The notes: generated by a model not told the origin, from the letters alone. Counted from the first letter of the stretch, positions 45,164 to 56,758 are shown. The stretch: 64,000 nt of DNA from an uncultured Acidobacteriota bacterium (GCA_963745095.1 CAVUWC010000005.1:340581-404580), one strand, 5' to 3'. Numbers and translations: made by a program.

Positions 45164-46696
45164 CTACGGCGTCTGCGGCGTCAGCACACCAGCAACGATT
45201 CGCGTAGTTTGAGCCGACACAAACAGAATGGTGTTATTAGCAGCCACGTAAGCAAACGCCGGTATCGGCGCAGCCGCCGCAGTTGCCAGGTTTACGGTAA
45301 GTGTGTTGTGCCCCGTCCCGTCCCCGCTGAGCTTCAGTGATCCCCCTTGCGTGACGCCCGTATTCGTGGCCCCGCCTTCGTTGAGGTCGATGGTGCCGGT
45401 GAGAACAGTGGTCGCCAACGTCGTGGCTCCAACGAGATCTTCTTCGCCTGAAGCGTTGGTCACCCCGCTCCAGTTCATGGCATAGTTTCCATTCAGCGAG
45501 GCATTACTGATCGTGCCCGTTCCCTGCGCCAGCATCGAGCCATCCTCGACAATGTTGAGGCTCTGATCCTGGATGACCGCTTGCGTGGGGGAGATGAGAT
45601 AAAAGACGTAGCTAAAGCTATCCGTCAATCCGGCAACTTTGAACGTTACGGTTCCGCGTCCGTTGCCTGAAGGATCGACGGTATACGTTCCGGTGCTCGC
45701 AGCGTTGCTCGAGAGCTGGCCACCGTTGTTGTTATCCACAAGGATCGTGGTAAGGTTTCCGCCGTTTGTGGTGAACCTGCCGCCACGCGTCAAGGGGTTA
45801 GCCACCGCGACTGTCGAGCCACCCATCACGTAAACAAAGCCGCCGCTGATCCCCGCCGCCGTCGTTGGAATGTTCGACTGGGAAAGTGAATCCCCTGCAA
45901 GCGTGCCGCCAGAGGAAGTCTCCAGGAACTTCACCTGGTTGGGTCCGACGATGTAGAATATGCCCGTGATTCCGCCTATGGCGAACTGACCGCGCCCAAA
46001 CGTTGCCAAATCGCCTGGGTGCGCCCCGTCGGGCCCATAGGACCCGGAAATCGTCGCGGCCCCCGCTACGCCACCATTGACGGTGCCTGCGTCATTGTCG
46101 TCCGCGAACCCCGAAAACCCCCCACCGCTATTCGATTTAAGCTGGCCCACCACAGATTCCGCGGCACCGCTCGGATCAACGCCAGAAAAGTCGAAGGCAT
46201 AATTGCCCGCAATCCCGGAAATCTGGAACGAAGCCGGGTTTTGTTTCACAAAGCTGCCGTTCCCTGCGGATTGTCCATCGGCTGGCATGTCCACGAAGTA
46301 TCCATTTGTCGACGAAGTCAGCGTGATACTAAACGTCAGTATCCCGGTGCTATCCGTCAAACTCAGTGTGCCTCGCCCATCTCCGTTGACCGTGTAGCTG
46401 CCGGCACTAAAATCGAATTCATTGCTGCCGTTTTGGAAGATAGTGATGTCCTCGGCCCCACCCGTAATGTTTCCCTTTCCATCCGCGATAAAAGATCCCA
46501 CTCGCGTGTAAGGCTCAGTGGCGAGATTCCCAGTGTTGGCGGTCGTACCCGTCATGGAAAACGCATATTGTCCTTGCAGGTCGCTGTTCGAGAACCCAAT
46601 AGGCGGAGGCGGAGGCGTTATCGATCCGCCGCCGCTGCTGCAAGCGCCCGCCCACAATGCGAGAGCGCAGACGCCAAGAACCAGCGCGCGCTTCAC
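45164..46696 (-). CDS. Lipoprotein with internally repeated Gly/Thr/Ser-rich beta domains
   Basis: 510 aa with a lipobox-like signal (LALWAGAC). Recurrent motif pairs are G.YAF/M..SG (QGQYAFSMTG, AGNYAFDFSG, NGNYAMNWSG) and GSY/GTY..(D)..GRGT (GSYTVNGDGRGT, GTYTVDPSGNGRGT). Confidence 0.65.
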   Translation of the reverse strand: MKRALVLGVCALALWAGACSSGGGSITPPPPPIGFSNSDLQGQYAFSMTGTTANTGNLATEPYTRVGSFIADGKGNITGGAEDITIFQNGSNEFDFSAGSYTVNGDGRGTLSLTDSTGILTFSITLTSSTNGYFVDMPADGQSAGNGSFVKQNPASFQISGIAGNYAFDFSGVDPSGAAESVVGQLKSNSGGGFSGFADDNDAGTVNGGVAGAATISGSYGPDGAHPGDLATFGRGQFAIGGITGIFYIVGPNQVKFLETSSGGTLAGDSLSQSNIPTTAAGISGGFVYVMGGSTVAVANPLTRGGRFTTNGGNLTTILVDNNNGGQLSSNAASTGTYTVDPSGNGRGTVTFKVAGLTDSFSYVFYLISPTQAVIQDQSLNIVEDGSMLAQGTGTISNASLNGNYAMNWSGVTNASGEEDLVGATTLATTVLTGTIDLNEGGATNTGVTQGGSLKLSGDGTGHNTLTVNLATAAAAPIPAFAYVAANNTILFVSAQTTRIVAGVLTPQTP

Positions 46697-47160
46697 TGGG
46701 CACCTCCCAAAATCGAACGCGTCTTCACCGGTCCTTCAAGCCGCGGTGCCAGCGGAAGACCCTTCGCATTCCGCAGCGTGACCGTTTGATTCCCCTTCTG
46801 CAAAATTCGCGCAAGAAATACATTTCCATTTCCATAATTGTGGTTCGCGCCGACGATCTTCACCGAATCGCCAGCCGCCAGGGACACGTTATTGATCTTC
46901 AGTCTGTCCGCATTCCCAAGTTGCACGTCAACCATCCCGGAAGAAGTCTTAATGGTTGCATGCGGTCCGATCGGTGCAACCTCGGAACCGCGCGTGAACG
47001 ACACCACTGTTCCCTGAATTTGCGTCTCGCGGCTCGAATCGTAAGAAAAACTGGCCTGCGAAACCACCGCCTGATTTTGCTGCGCGCCAGTAAAAGATGC
47101 GGATAGAAGAGCTACGGCAAATGCGGCACTGCCCAAGTACAATCGTTTTTTCAATTTCAT
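46693..47160 (-). CDS. Small secreted hypothetical protein
   Basis: 155 aa with a signal peptide (MKLKKRLYLGSAAFAVALLSASFTGAQ). Its stop overlaps the start of the downstream lipoprotein gene by 4 nt. Confidence 0.55.
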   Translation of the reverse strand: MKLKKRLYLGSAAFAVALLSASFTGAQQNQAVVSQASFSYDSSRETQIQGTVVSFTRGSEVAPIGPHATIKTSSGMVDVQLGNADRLKINNVSLAAGDSVKIVGANHNYGNGNVFLARILQKGNQTVTLRNAKGLPLAPRLEGPVKTRSILGGAQ

Positions 47161-47494
47161 TAGCCTTTCTCCACGCTAGAAAAAACTTCGAAGAACCCTC
47201 GGAATCGCTACACCGCCCTTAACTCGCGGCACTACGCAGATGTACCACTGTTTGGATGTTGAAAGACCGCAAACAGTTCCCCCAGAAAAACATTTTGTTC
47301 AAATCGACAACACTTCCGTTCCCAACAGGAACGCGCACAAGCTCCGCCCCACAAAAAGCAAACCCGCGCCACCCAAAAAAGTTTCGCGGCATTCATTTCT
47401 GATCGCGCCACCCGCGGGCGCACTCCCGCATCAATTCCAGTTCCCCGCTTTGAATTTACAAGTTCCCTTAATTTATCGGATTCATTCTTCGATT

Positions 47495-49264
<1,770 letters not shown>

Positions 49265-49282
49265 TCCATCCTTTCGGCCTGT

Positions 49283-49306
49283 GTAGGGGCACGATTCATC
49301 GTGCCC
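49283..49306 (+). repeat. REP-like palindrome, class B (GTAGGGGCACGATTCATCGTGCCC)
   Basis: A GTAG head is followed by a perfect 8-bp stem (GGGCACGA/TCGTGCCC) with loop TTCA, 19 nt after the pyrG stop. It may double as a terminator hairpin. Confidence 0.7.
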
Positions 49307-49546
49307 GCCTGTGCAACACCCTCACCACTGCTTGCAAATAGTCTGCATCTCAATTTAAAACCAATTCATCTATTCGGTGCGAGTCGAGCGAATAGCACTT
49401 CCTAAGCATCGATTCCTCGCGCGGGCCCCTTAACCGGACTTACCGATTTTGCTGCGCTTGGTGCTTCCTCCAGGCCACTGCGCTCAGCCGAATTGACGGG
49501 AGTTCTTCAACCCTAATCAACGTAATCAAATTCATGGGAGGAGCTT

Positions 49547-50086
49547 ATGAAACGGTTTGCATTTTTGCTGATTGCAGTCGCAGCCCTGGCCGCCGTTCTC
49601 GCCTACATGCCCAACGCATCCGGACAGTCCGATGGAGACGCCTCCCCGATCTATGGAGTCAAAGTTCCCGCCGGATACCGCGATTGGAAAGTGATCGCCG
49701 TGGACCAACTTCTAGTACCCGGAAAAACCGACCAGTTGCGCGCTCAACTGGGCAACGACATAGCGATCAAGGCCTTTAAGGAAGGGACTCTCCCGTTCCC
49801 AGACGGTAGCATCATTGCCGCGATTCATTGGACTCGTGTCTTGTCGGAAGACAACAACAAAGCCCTGGCCTCTAAATTCCCCGGCGCTCAATCTTTCCTT
49901 GTCGGATCCCCCGTGAATGTCCAATTCATGGTCAAGGACTCAAAGAAGTACGCCGCGTCAGGCGGCTGGGGGTTCGCTGACTTTAAGGACGGAAAGCCTG
50001 GCGACAAGGCGCTACACGAACCCTGCTTCTCCTGTCACATCCCTGCGAAAGATCATGACTATGTCTTCACCCACTACGCACCTTAA
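49547..50086 (+). CDS. Cytochrome P460-family protein
   Basis: 179 aa with a signal peptide, a single C-terminal heme motif CFSCH and P460-like spacing (YRDWKVIAV...IAAIHW). An SD sequence (GGGAGGAG) precedes the ATG. Confidence 0.72.
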   Translation: MKRFAFLLIAVAALAAVLAYMPNASGQSDGDASPIYGVKVPAGYRDWKVIAVDQLLVPGKTDQLRAQLGNDIAIKAFKEGTLPFPDGSIIAAIHWTRVLSEDNNKALASKFPGAQSFLVGSPVNVQFMVKDSKKYAASGGWGFADFKDGKPGDKALHEPCFSCHIPAKDHDYVFTHYAP

Positions 50087-50161
50087 ACGAGGAAGGAATG
50101 GCATTGACGGTCCCAGCGACCGCCATCAAACACTGGGTGAGCAGCAAAGGAGTCCTCGCGC

Positions 50162-51253
50162 GTGAAGCGTACTCTGTCTTTTGTGATTTGGATCCGTCGA
50201 ACAGTTTGGGTGGCGGCGCTTTTGGGAGTCTTCATCGTGATATTGCATTCACAAAAACCCGTTGTCTCAACAGCGAACGCCGCACTCGTCGACGAGGGTC
50301 CCATGCCGAGCTTGGATGGAGCCGTTGGCTGGCTCAACTCCACTCCTCTGAATCGGAAGTCACTCCGCGGAAAGGTTGTGCTGGTCAATTTTTGGACCTA
50401 TACCTGTATCAACTCTATCCGGCCCCAGCCGTATATCGAGGCTTGGGTGACAAAGTATAGCGACGAAGGGTTTGTAGTGATCGGCGCACACACCCCGGAA
50501 TTCTCGTTCGAGAAGGTACGCGAGAACGTGGAAACCGCCGTGCGCGATTTGAAGATTACCTATCCAGTGGCCATTGACACCAACTACGAGATTTGGCGAG
50601 CGTTCAACAACGAAGCTTGGCCTGCTCAATATCTCATCGATGCAAAAGGACGAATTCGCTACCACCACTTCGGGGAAGACAATTATGCCGAAATCGAGCG
50701 CGTCATCCAGGAGCTCCTGAAAGAAAACGGCACCACTGGTCTCGCTTCTGTCGCGACGAGCGTTTCCGCCGTTGGAATCGAGGCCCCTCCCGACTGGAAG
50801 GATGCGCGATCTCCCGAAACTTATATCGGATATCGCCAGGCCGAGAATTTCGCCTCGCCCGAAAAATTGCACAAGGATTCAGTCCAGATATTCAGCGTGC
50901 CCGCGAAGCTCTCCTTGAACCATTGGGGATTGAGCGGTTCGTGGAACGTCAATGCCGAGAGCGCCGTACTTGAGAAAGTGCCTGGAAACATCGTGTTCCG
51001 TTTCCACAGCCGCGACCTGCACTTGGTGCTTGCAGGCGCGATGGACGCCAAACCAGTCCGCTTCATCGTACGATTGGATGGTTCTGCCCCCGGCGAAAAT
51101 CGCGGCGGGGACATTTCCCCGGACGGCTCCGGCGAAATTCGCGAGCCTCGTCTCTATCAGCTGATCCGGCAAAAAGGTCCAATTGTTGACCGAACCTTTG
51201 AGATCGAATTCCTCGATCCAGGTGTTCACGCTCTGGACTTCACGTTTGGTTAG
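50162..51253 (+). CDS. Membrane-anchored thioredoxin-fold protein, DipZ C-terminal-domain-like
   Basis: 363 aa with a GTG start and an N-terminal TM helix. The redoxin domain reads GKVVLVNFWTYTCINSIRPQPYI...IGAHTPEFSFEK...YPVAIDTNYEIWRAFNNEAWPAQYLID, followed by a beta-rich C-domain. The redox motif reads C-I-N-S rather than CxxC. Confidence 0.72.
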   Translation: MKRTLSFVIWIRRTVWVAALLGVFIVILHSQKPVVSTANAALVDEGPMPSLDGAVGWLNSTPLNRKSLRGKVVLVNFWTYTCINSIRPQPYIEAWVTKYSDEGFVVIGAHTPEFSFEKVRENVETAVRDLKITYPVAIDTNYEIWRAFNNEAWPAQYLIDAKGRIRYHHFGEDNYAEIERVIQELLKENGTTGLASVATSVSAVGIEAPPDWKDARSPETYIGYRQAENFASPEKLHKDSVQIFSVPAKLSLNHWGLSGSWNVNAESAVLEKVPGNIVFRFHSRDLHLVLAGAMDAKPVRFIVRLDGSAPGENRGGDISPDGSGEIREPRLYQLIRQKGPIVDRTFEIEFLDPGVHALDFTFG

Positions 51254-51332
51254 CGACTTCGAGTAACGAAACGATTGGCAACGCTCTTCCGTCACGGACG
51301 AAACAAAGGATGGCACGACCCAGGAGGCAACG

Positions 51333-51974
51333 ATGAGCACCGCCGCGGCAATTGACTTGAAGTTAGAGGTCGTCGTCATCCCTGTCTCGGATGTCGACCG
51401 CGCGAAAAAGTTTTACGCGCGGCTTGGGTGGCGCCTCGACGCCGACTTCCCTTTCGATAACGGCTTCCGGGTCGTCCAGTTCACGCCGTCCGGCTCCGGT
51501 TGCTCGGTCCAGTTCGGCACGAAGATCACATCGGCCGCGCCCGGCTCAGCCCAGGGCCTCTACCTGATCGTCTCCAACATCGCCGCTGCTCGTGCGGAGA
51601 TCCTCAGCCGCGGTGTCGCGATCAGCGACGTATTCCACGCCGGTACGCCAGGCGCTCAATTCCAACCCGACGCCACCAGCGGCCGTGTCAGCGGACCAGC
51701 GCCTGATCACGCCACCTACAGCTCCTTCGCCACGTTCAAGGACCCGGATGGAAACGGCTGGCTGTTGCAGGAAGTCACGACGCGACTACCCGGCCGCATC
51801 GACCCTGCCTCGACTTCGTTCGGCTCCGTAAGCGACTTGGCCAGCGCGCTTCGGCGTGCGTCCGCCGCTCACGGCGAACATGAGAAACGCATCGGCAAAG
51901 CCGATCCAAACTGGCCCGACTGGTACGCCGAATACATCGTCGCAGAGCAAGCGGGAACAAAACTTCCAAGCTGA
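51333..51974 (+). CDS. VOC (glyoxalase/bleomycin-resistance/dioxygenase) family protein
   Basis: 213 aa containing VVIPVSDVDRAKKFYARLGWRLD and FKDPDGNGWLLQE. An SD sequence (AGGAGG) precedes the ATG. Confidence 0.8.
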   Translation: MSTAAAIDLKLEVVVIPVSDVDRAKKFYARLGWRLDADFPFDNGFRVVQFTPSGSGCSVQFGTKITSAAPGSAQGLYLIVSNIAAARAEILSRGVAISDVFHAGTPGAQFQPDATSGRVSGPAPDHATYSSFATFKDPDGNGWLLQEVTTRLPGRIDPASTSFGSVSDLASALRRASAAHGEHEKRIGKADPNWPDWYAEYIVAEQAGTKLPS

Positions 51975-52185
51975 GCGGCGATCATGCACCACCAACCAAC
52001 GTCCGCGCGTCCAAGCAGTGAGAACGCCCCCCTCACGCCAATACCCAATGTCGAGCATTCGTGCGGGCATCCTGTAGCTTGCCCCTGCGCGTGATACACA
52101 TCAGTTCCGAAACTTTGAAGAACCTGCTCAAATACCATTCGGAAACTACTAACCCGCAGGACTACTTGGCTCCGGAAACGGTCGC

Positions 52186-52229
52186 TTGACTTCCGTGCGG
52201 CGCCGTCGTTTAATATGTTGCGCCGCCAC
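52186..52229 (+). promoter_or_regulatory. Candidate promoter and operator of the padR-ADOP operon
   Basis: TTGACT (52186-52191), a 17-nt spacer, then TTTAAT. An imperfect inverted repeat, GTGCGGCGC (52195-52203) and GCGCCGCCAC (52220-52229), brackets the -10 region. The ATG lies only 2 nt after the right arm. Confidence 0.3.
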
Positions 52230-52231
52230 AT

Positions 52232-52576
52232 ATGGACCAGACAACATCACAAGTGGAATGGAAAAAGGGCAGCGCCGAGATGCTCATCCTCTCGCTCGTC
52301 GAAGCCCGTCCGCGCCACGGCTACGAAATCAGCAAACTTATCGAGCAACGCTCTCGCGGCACTGTCCGTTTTCACGTCGCCTCGCTCTACCCGCTGCTCT
52401 ACCGTCTTGAACATCGCGGCTGGCTGAGCGGACGCTGGGTGGAAAAGGACGGGCAGCGCCGTCGCCGTTACTATCGCTTGACCCGCCAGGGCCGAAAAGT
52501 CCTCGCTTCGCAGCTTCGCGGCTGGCGCGAATTTGTAGCGGGTATCAATCGCATCACGGAGGCAGAAAATGCCTGA
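52232..52576 (+). CDS. PadR-family transcriptional regulator
   Basis: 114 aa with a winged-helix motif (LILSLVEARPRHGYEISKLIEQRS...ASLYPLLYRLEHRGWLSGRW). It overlaps the downstream ADOP gene by 8 nt. Confidence 0.9.
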   Translation: MDQTTSQVEWKKGSAEMLILSLVEARPRHGYEISKLIEQRSRGTVRFHVASLYPLLYRLEHRGWLSGRWVEKDGQRRRRYYRLTRQGRKVLASQLRGWREFVAGINRITEAENA

Positions 52577-55475
52577 ATGGAGACCGGAAATTCTTCGTAG
52601 GCTTGCTCCGCTGAGACTCGCGCCAGCGCGTGAGGCCGAAATTGCCGACGAACTCGCGCAGCACCTCGAAGACCGCTACCAGGAACTGCTCGCGTTCGGT
52701 ATTAGCAAAGAAGAAGCGAGCCTTACAGCCATAGAAGAACTTAAAGAGGAAGAGTTGCTCGCACGCGGGCTGCGGCCCGTCGAGACGGATTTGTATCGCG
52801 AACCTGTGACTTTGGGAAGGAGCGGCGCCAATTTTTTCTCCAGCATTCTTCAGGATATTCGTTACGCTCTCCGTATGCTTCGCAAATCTCCAGGCTTTAC
52901 CGTCGTCGCCGTGCTCACGCTGGCGCTGGGGATCGGCGCGAACACCGCCATTTTCAGTTTCATTAATGGAATTTTGCTTCGTTCCTTGCCGGTGAAAGAC
53001 CCTCAGCAACTCGTCGTCTTACGTTGGAGCTCACACACGCGTCCGAAATTAAAGGGTCACAGCGATTACGGCGACTGCTTGAATCTCTCGGGAGACTGCT
53101 CGTTTTCCCTCCCGTTTTTCAAAAATCTCCGTGACCACACCAGCGCTTTCTCCGGCATGGCCGCCTTCGCCGGCCCGCTCGACTATGATTTCAGCGGAAA
53201 TGGGCCTGCGAGTATGGCGCAAGGCCAGTACGTCTCCGGAGATTTCTTCTCGACTCTAGGCGTCAATGCAATGCTAGGCCGCCCTCTCGGCGTATCCGAC
53301 GATTCTCCTTCAGCGCCGCCGGCTATTGTGCTGAGTTTTTCTTATTGGCAACGCGCCTTTGGCGCGGACCGCTCAGCCGTCGGTCGCGCGGTGCGCTTGA
53401 ACAATATATCTACCGTGATCGTCGGCGTTGCCGAGCCCCTCTTCACGAATTTGACGCCTGGCAAAACCATTGATTTCTTCATGCCGTTTTCGGTCGCTGA
53501 TCGAATCCGGCCAGAGCATTGGGGACGCGGCGATCGCCTATCCGATGCGGGAGTCTGGTGGTCGGTCATTGTCGGCAGGCTGAAGCCGGGCGTTTCGCTC
53601 GAGCAAGCGCAGGCCGTCGCCACCACAATGTTCGTCAACGAAACAGCGCACGGCGCAAGCCCGTTTTTGAACGAAGCGGATGCTCCGGCCATCAAACTTC
53701 TTCCCGCGGCAGAGGGCCTGGATGGCGAGAGCAGCCAAATCGCACCAATGTTCTATCTGTTGATGTTTGCCGTTGGCCTCATCTTGCTGATTGCTTGCGC
53801 CAATGTCGCCGGATTGATGCTCGCGCGCTCGGCAACGCGTCAAAGGGAAATGGCCGTTCGTCTCGCACTGGGCGCGGGACGCGCGCGCATTGTGCGGCAA
53901 TTGCTCACGGAAAGCTTGCTGCTCTCCCTGGTCGGCGGCGCGCTGGGAATTTTTCTATCCCTATGGGGGATCAAGGCGATCGTCGTGCTCTTTTCCACTG
54001 GGTACGAAGCTTTTCCCTTCGAGATTGTCCCGGACGGGCGCGTGCTGCTGTTTACCGTCGCCGTCACCTTTGCCGTGGGGATTTTATTTGGTCTCGCCCC
54101 CTCCCTGCGCGGCGCGCGCATTGATTTGACTCCTTCGTTGAAGCAAACAGCTTCGTTGCTTCCCGGCAGTGCTGCGCACGGCGGGCGCTGGTTCCGTTTG
54201 GGAAACGCGCTGGTTGTGGCGCAAGTAGCACTCTCCATTGTTGTGCTCATCGGCGCGGGATTGCTCGTCCGCACGTTGCGCAATCTTCACAATTTGAATC
54301 CCGGCTTTGACACGCGAAGTATTCTGCTCTTGGGTCTCAATCCCACGGCCGCTGGATACACAGCCCAGAAGACCGCGCAGCTTTATAGCGATTTGCAGCA
54401 GCGGTTTGCCGCGCTCCCTGGCGTGATTTCCGTGAGCTACTCGGAAGATTCCCTATTGAGCGGAAATTGGTCTAGTGACGACGTGCACCTCGACGGCGCG
54501 CCATCAAAACAAAACGTCGAAGCCGCCAGGCTTACTGTTGGCCCGAATTTTTTCTCCACCATGCGCATTCCGCTATTTGCTGGCCGCACGTTCAATTCCG
54601 CGGATTTCGCTGTGGCCTCGGCGATCATTTCCGCGAGGACTGCCGCGGAAGAGGCAGCGAGCAAAGCGAAGGCGACGGACGCCGGTAATCATGCGACCCC
54701 GGCGGTACTCAAGGCGAATCTGGCGCCTCTTCCCGTCATCATCAATGAAACGTTCGCAAGACAGTGTTTCCCGAATCAGAATCCACTGGGCAAGCATTTC
54801 AGCGACCCGCAGGAAGACAACGAACCGCCCATCGGTCCGCATTCCGGATACTTGATTGTGGGCATCGCCGGCGACGCAAAATACAATTCCCTGCGTCGTG
54901 AAATCAAACCGACCATGTACATGCCGCTCGTTAGCAATAGCGCGCATTTCGAATTGCGCACCGCCGCCGACCCGCTTGCTTTGGTGACACTTGTGCACGG
55001 CATCGTTTCCAGTGTGGATGATAATCTTCCGCTGTTCGATGTGCGCACGCAAACCGAGCAGATCGACCAAACACTTTTTCTGGAGCGTCTCATGGCGCGG
55101 ATTTCGAGCACTTTCGCCTTGCTGGCCCTCGTCCTCGCGTGCATTGGCCTATACGGTTTGCTGTCCTACGAAGTGTCGCGCGGCACCCGCGAACTCGGAA
55201 TCCGCATGGCGCTGGGCGCGCAGCGCCGCGATCTGTTGCGACTGGTTGTCGGTCAGGGAATTTTACTGGTTCTGATCGGCGCAGCGATTGGAATTGCGGC
55301 GGCGATTGGCGTCACGCGTTTTATGTCCACGATACTCTATGGAGTTCACGCGGACGATCCGCTGACATTCGCGGGCGTTGCGATTCTGCTGACGCTCGTG
55401 GCACTCGCCGCATGCTACATCCCCGCTCGCCGCGCCATGCGCGTCGACCCCACGGTGGCCTTGCGTTACGAATGA
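52569..55475 (+). CDS. ADOP-type duplicated FtsX/MacB-like ABC permease (PadR-associated)
   Basis: 968 aa with an N-terminal helical extension (MPEWRPEILRRLAPLRLAPAREAEIADELAQHLEDRY) followed by two MacB-like/FtsX modules (...RELGIRMALGAQRRDLLRLV...RRAMRVDPTVALRYE). Confidence 0.9.
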   Translation: MPEWRPEILRRLAPLRLAPAREAEIADELAQHLEDRYQELLAFGISKEEASLTAIEELKEEELLARGLRPVETDLYREPVTLGRSGANFFSSILQDIRYALRMLRKSPGFTVVAVLTLALGIGANTAIFSFINGILLRSLPVKDPQQLVVLRWSSHTRPKLKGHSDYGDCLNLSGDCSFSLPFFKNLRDHTSAFSGMAAFAGPLDYDFSGNGPASMAQGQYVSGDFFSTLGVNAMLGRPLGVSDDSPSAPPAIVLSFSYWQRAFGADRSAVGRAVRLNNISTVIVGVAEPLFTNLTPGKTIDFFMPFSVADRIRPEHWGRGDRLSDAGVWWSVIVGRLKPGVSLEQAQAVATTMFVNETAHGASPFLNEADAPAIKLLPAAEGLDGESSQIAPMFYLLMFAVGLILLIACANVAGLMLARSATRQREMAVRLALGAGRARIVRQLLTESLLLSLVGGALGIFLSLWGIKAIVVLFSTGYEAFPFEIVPDGRVLLFTVAVTFAVGILFGLAPSLRGARIDLTPSLKQTASLLPGSAAHGGRWFRLGNALVVAQVALSIVVLIGAGLLVRTLRNLHNLNPGFDTRSILLLGLNPTAAGYTAQKTAQLYSDLQQRFAALPGVISVSYSEDSLLSGNWSSDDVHLDGAPSKQNVEAARLTVGPNFFSTMRIPLFAGRTFNSADFAVASAIISARTAAEEAASKAKATDAGNHATPAVLKANLAPLPVIINETFARQCFPNQNPLGKHFSDPQEDNEPPIGPHSGYLIVGIAGDAKYNSLRREIKPTMYMPLVSNSAHFELRTAADPLALVTLVHGIVSSVDDNLPLFDVRTQTEQIDQTLFLERLMARISSTFALLALVLACIGLYGLLSYEVSRGTRELGIRMALGAQRRDLLRLVVGQGILLVLIGAAIGIAAAIGVTRFMSTILYGVHADDPLTFAGVAILLTLVALAACYIPARRAMRVDPTVALRYE

Positions 55476-55656
55476 GCGACCACTGCAGACGCCGAAGAAC
55501 TCAGCCAGTTCCGGGCCGACCACCGGCCACTCAGAACTTGGCCCGGGCCAGAAATCCAGTTCTGGAAGAGTCGCGGCGAGCCAACTCCCGATAAATCACC
55601 CGAGCGGAAACCGGACCACTCCAGCCATCGAGCAATTCTCCAAAACAAACCCGCCT

Positions 55657-56517
55657 ATGCTATCTTCGATAACTTCGATGAATCCTGCTCACGACATTGC
55701 TCTTGGCTCGCTACGCCTCGGTATCGGCAACCCGCTGTTTCTGATAGCTGGACCTTGCGTGATTGAAAACGAAGGTCACGCCCGAAAAATGGCGGAAAAA
55801 GTAGCCAAGATTGCCTCCGACTGCGGCGTGCCCTACATCTTCAAAGCCTCTTACGACAAAGCCAACCGCTCCTCCGTGAAAGCCTTTCGCGGGCCGGGCC
55901 TCGCAGAAGGCTTGCGCATTCTCGGTAAAATCAAATCCGATTTGAAGCTCCCCATCCTGACCGACATTCACGAGCCCTCCCACGCCCAACTGGCCGCCGA
56001 AGTCTGCGACATTCTCCAAATTCCCGCATTCCTCGCCCGCCAAACCGATCTCCTCCTCGCCGCTGCCAAAACCGGCCGCATCGTCAACGTCAAAAAGCCC
56101 CAATTCGCCTCCCCATGGGAGATGGCCAATGTGGTCGAAAAAATCGCCAGCTCCGGCAACACAGACATCATCCTCACGGAACGCGGCGCGACCTTCGGCT
56201 ACCAAAATCTAGTCGTGGATATGCGCTCCTTTCCTATCCTCCAGAAGCTGGGCTATCCCGTCGTCTTCGACGTAACCCATTCCGTCCAGCTTCCGGGAGG
56301 TCAAGGTCACGCCAGCGGCGGCCAGCCCGAATTCATCGAACCGCTAGCCCGCGCGGGCGTAGCCGCTGGTGTTGACGGCATCTTTCTCGAGACTCACGAC
56401 AATCCCGCCGAGGCGCTTTCCGACGGCGCCAACGCCCTACCACTCTCGCAACTCCCCACTCTCCTAAAGCGCCTCAAGGAACTCTCAACAGTCGTCCGCC
56501 GCTGGAGCGTCCAGTGA
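55657..56517 (+). CDS. kdsA: 3-deoxy-8-phosphooctulonate synthase (KdsA)
   Basis: 286 aa containing FLIAGPCVIENEG, FKASYDKANRSS, PILTDIHE, VNVKKPQF and DVTHSVQLPGG. The start could instead be the internal Met at 55678. Confidence 0.93.
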   Translation: MLSSITSMNPAHDIALGSLRLGIGNPLFLIAGPCVIENEGHARKMAEKVAKIASDCGVPYIFKASYDKANRSSVKAFRGPGLAEGLRILGKIKSDLKLPILTDIHEPSHAQLAAEVCDILQIPAFLARQTDLLLAAAKTGRIVNVKKPQFASPWEMANVVEKIASSGNTDIILTERGATFGYQNLVVDMRSFPILQKLGYPVVFDVTHSVQLPGGQGHASGGQPEFIEPLARAGVAAGVDGIFLETHDNPAEALSDGANALPLSQLPTLLKRLKELSTVVRRWSVQ

Positions 56518-56555
56518 CCTCCACGAGCCTCTCTCTTTCCGGCCTCGTTCCCCCT

Positions 56556-56579
56556 GTAGGGGCGGGGCTTGCCCCGCCC
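56556..56579 (+). repeat. REP-like palindrome, class A (GTAGGGGCGGGGCTTGCCCCGCCC)
   Basis: Identical to the copy at 11499-11522. It lies 39 nt after the kdsA stop and may act as a terminator hairpin. Confidence 0.75.
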
Positions 56580-56735
56580 GTCTTACGAACTCCGATCGTG
56601 AGACGCCATCTTCAGCTGGAGTATTCAACGCGCAATCTCGCTCCAATCTGCGAGCCCACCCCCACAGTGAGCTTAAGTCCTTTAAACGCAACGCTTACGA
56701 AATACCAGGGGGGCCCCCGCACGCCGAACTCTCTT

Positions 56736-56758
56736 GTAGTGGCGCAGCATGCTGCGCC
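56736..56758 (+). repeat. REP-like palindrome, class C (GTAGTGGCGCAGCATGCTGCGCC)
   Basis: A GTAG head and then T are followed by an 18-nt perfect palindrome, GGCGCAGCATGCTGCGCC. It lies inside copy 1 of the 156-bp repeat. Confidence 0.7.

Noticed and set aside
50162-51253. Second recoding (Sec) site at the C-I-N-S redox motif
   Set aside because: The Ser is a plain TCT codon and the ORF is uninterrupted. It is a CxxS variant, not a TGA-encoded Sec.
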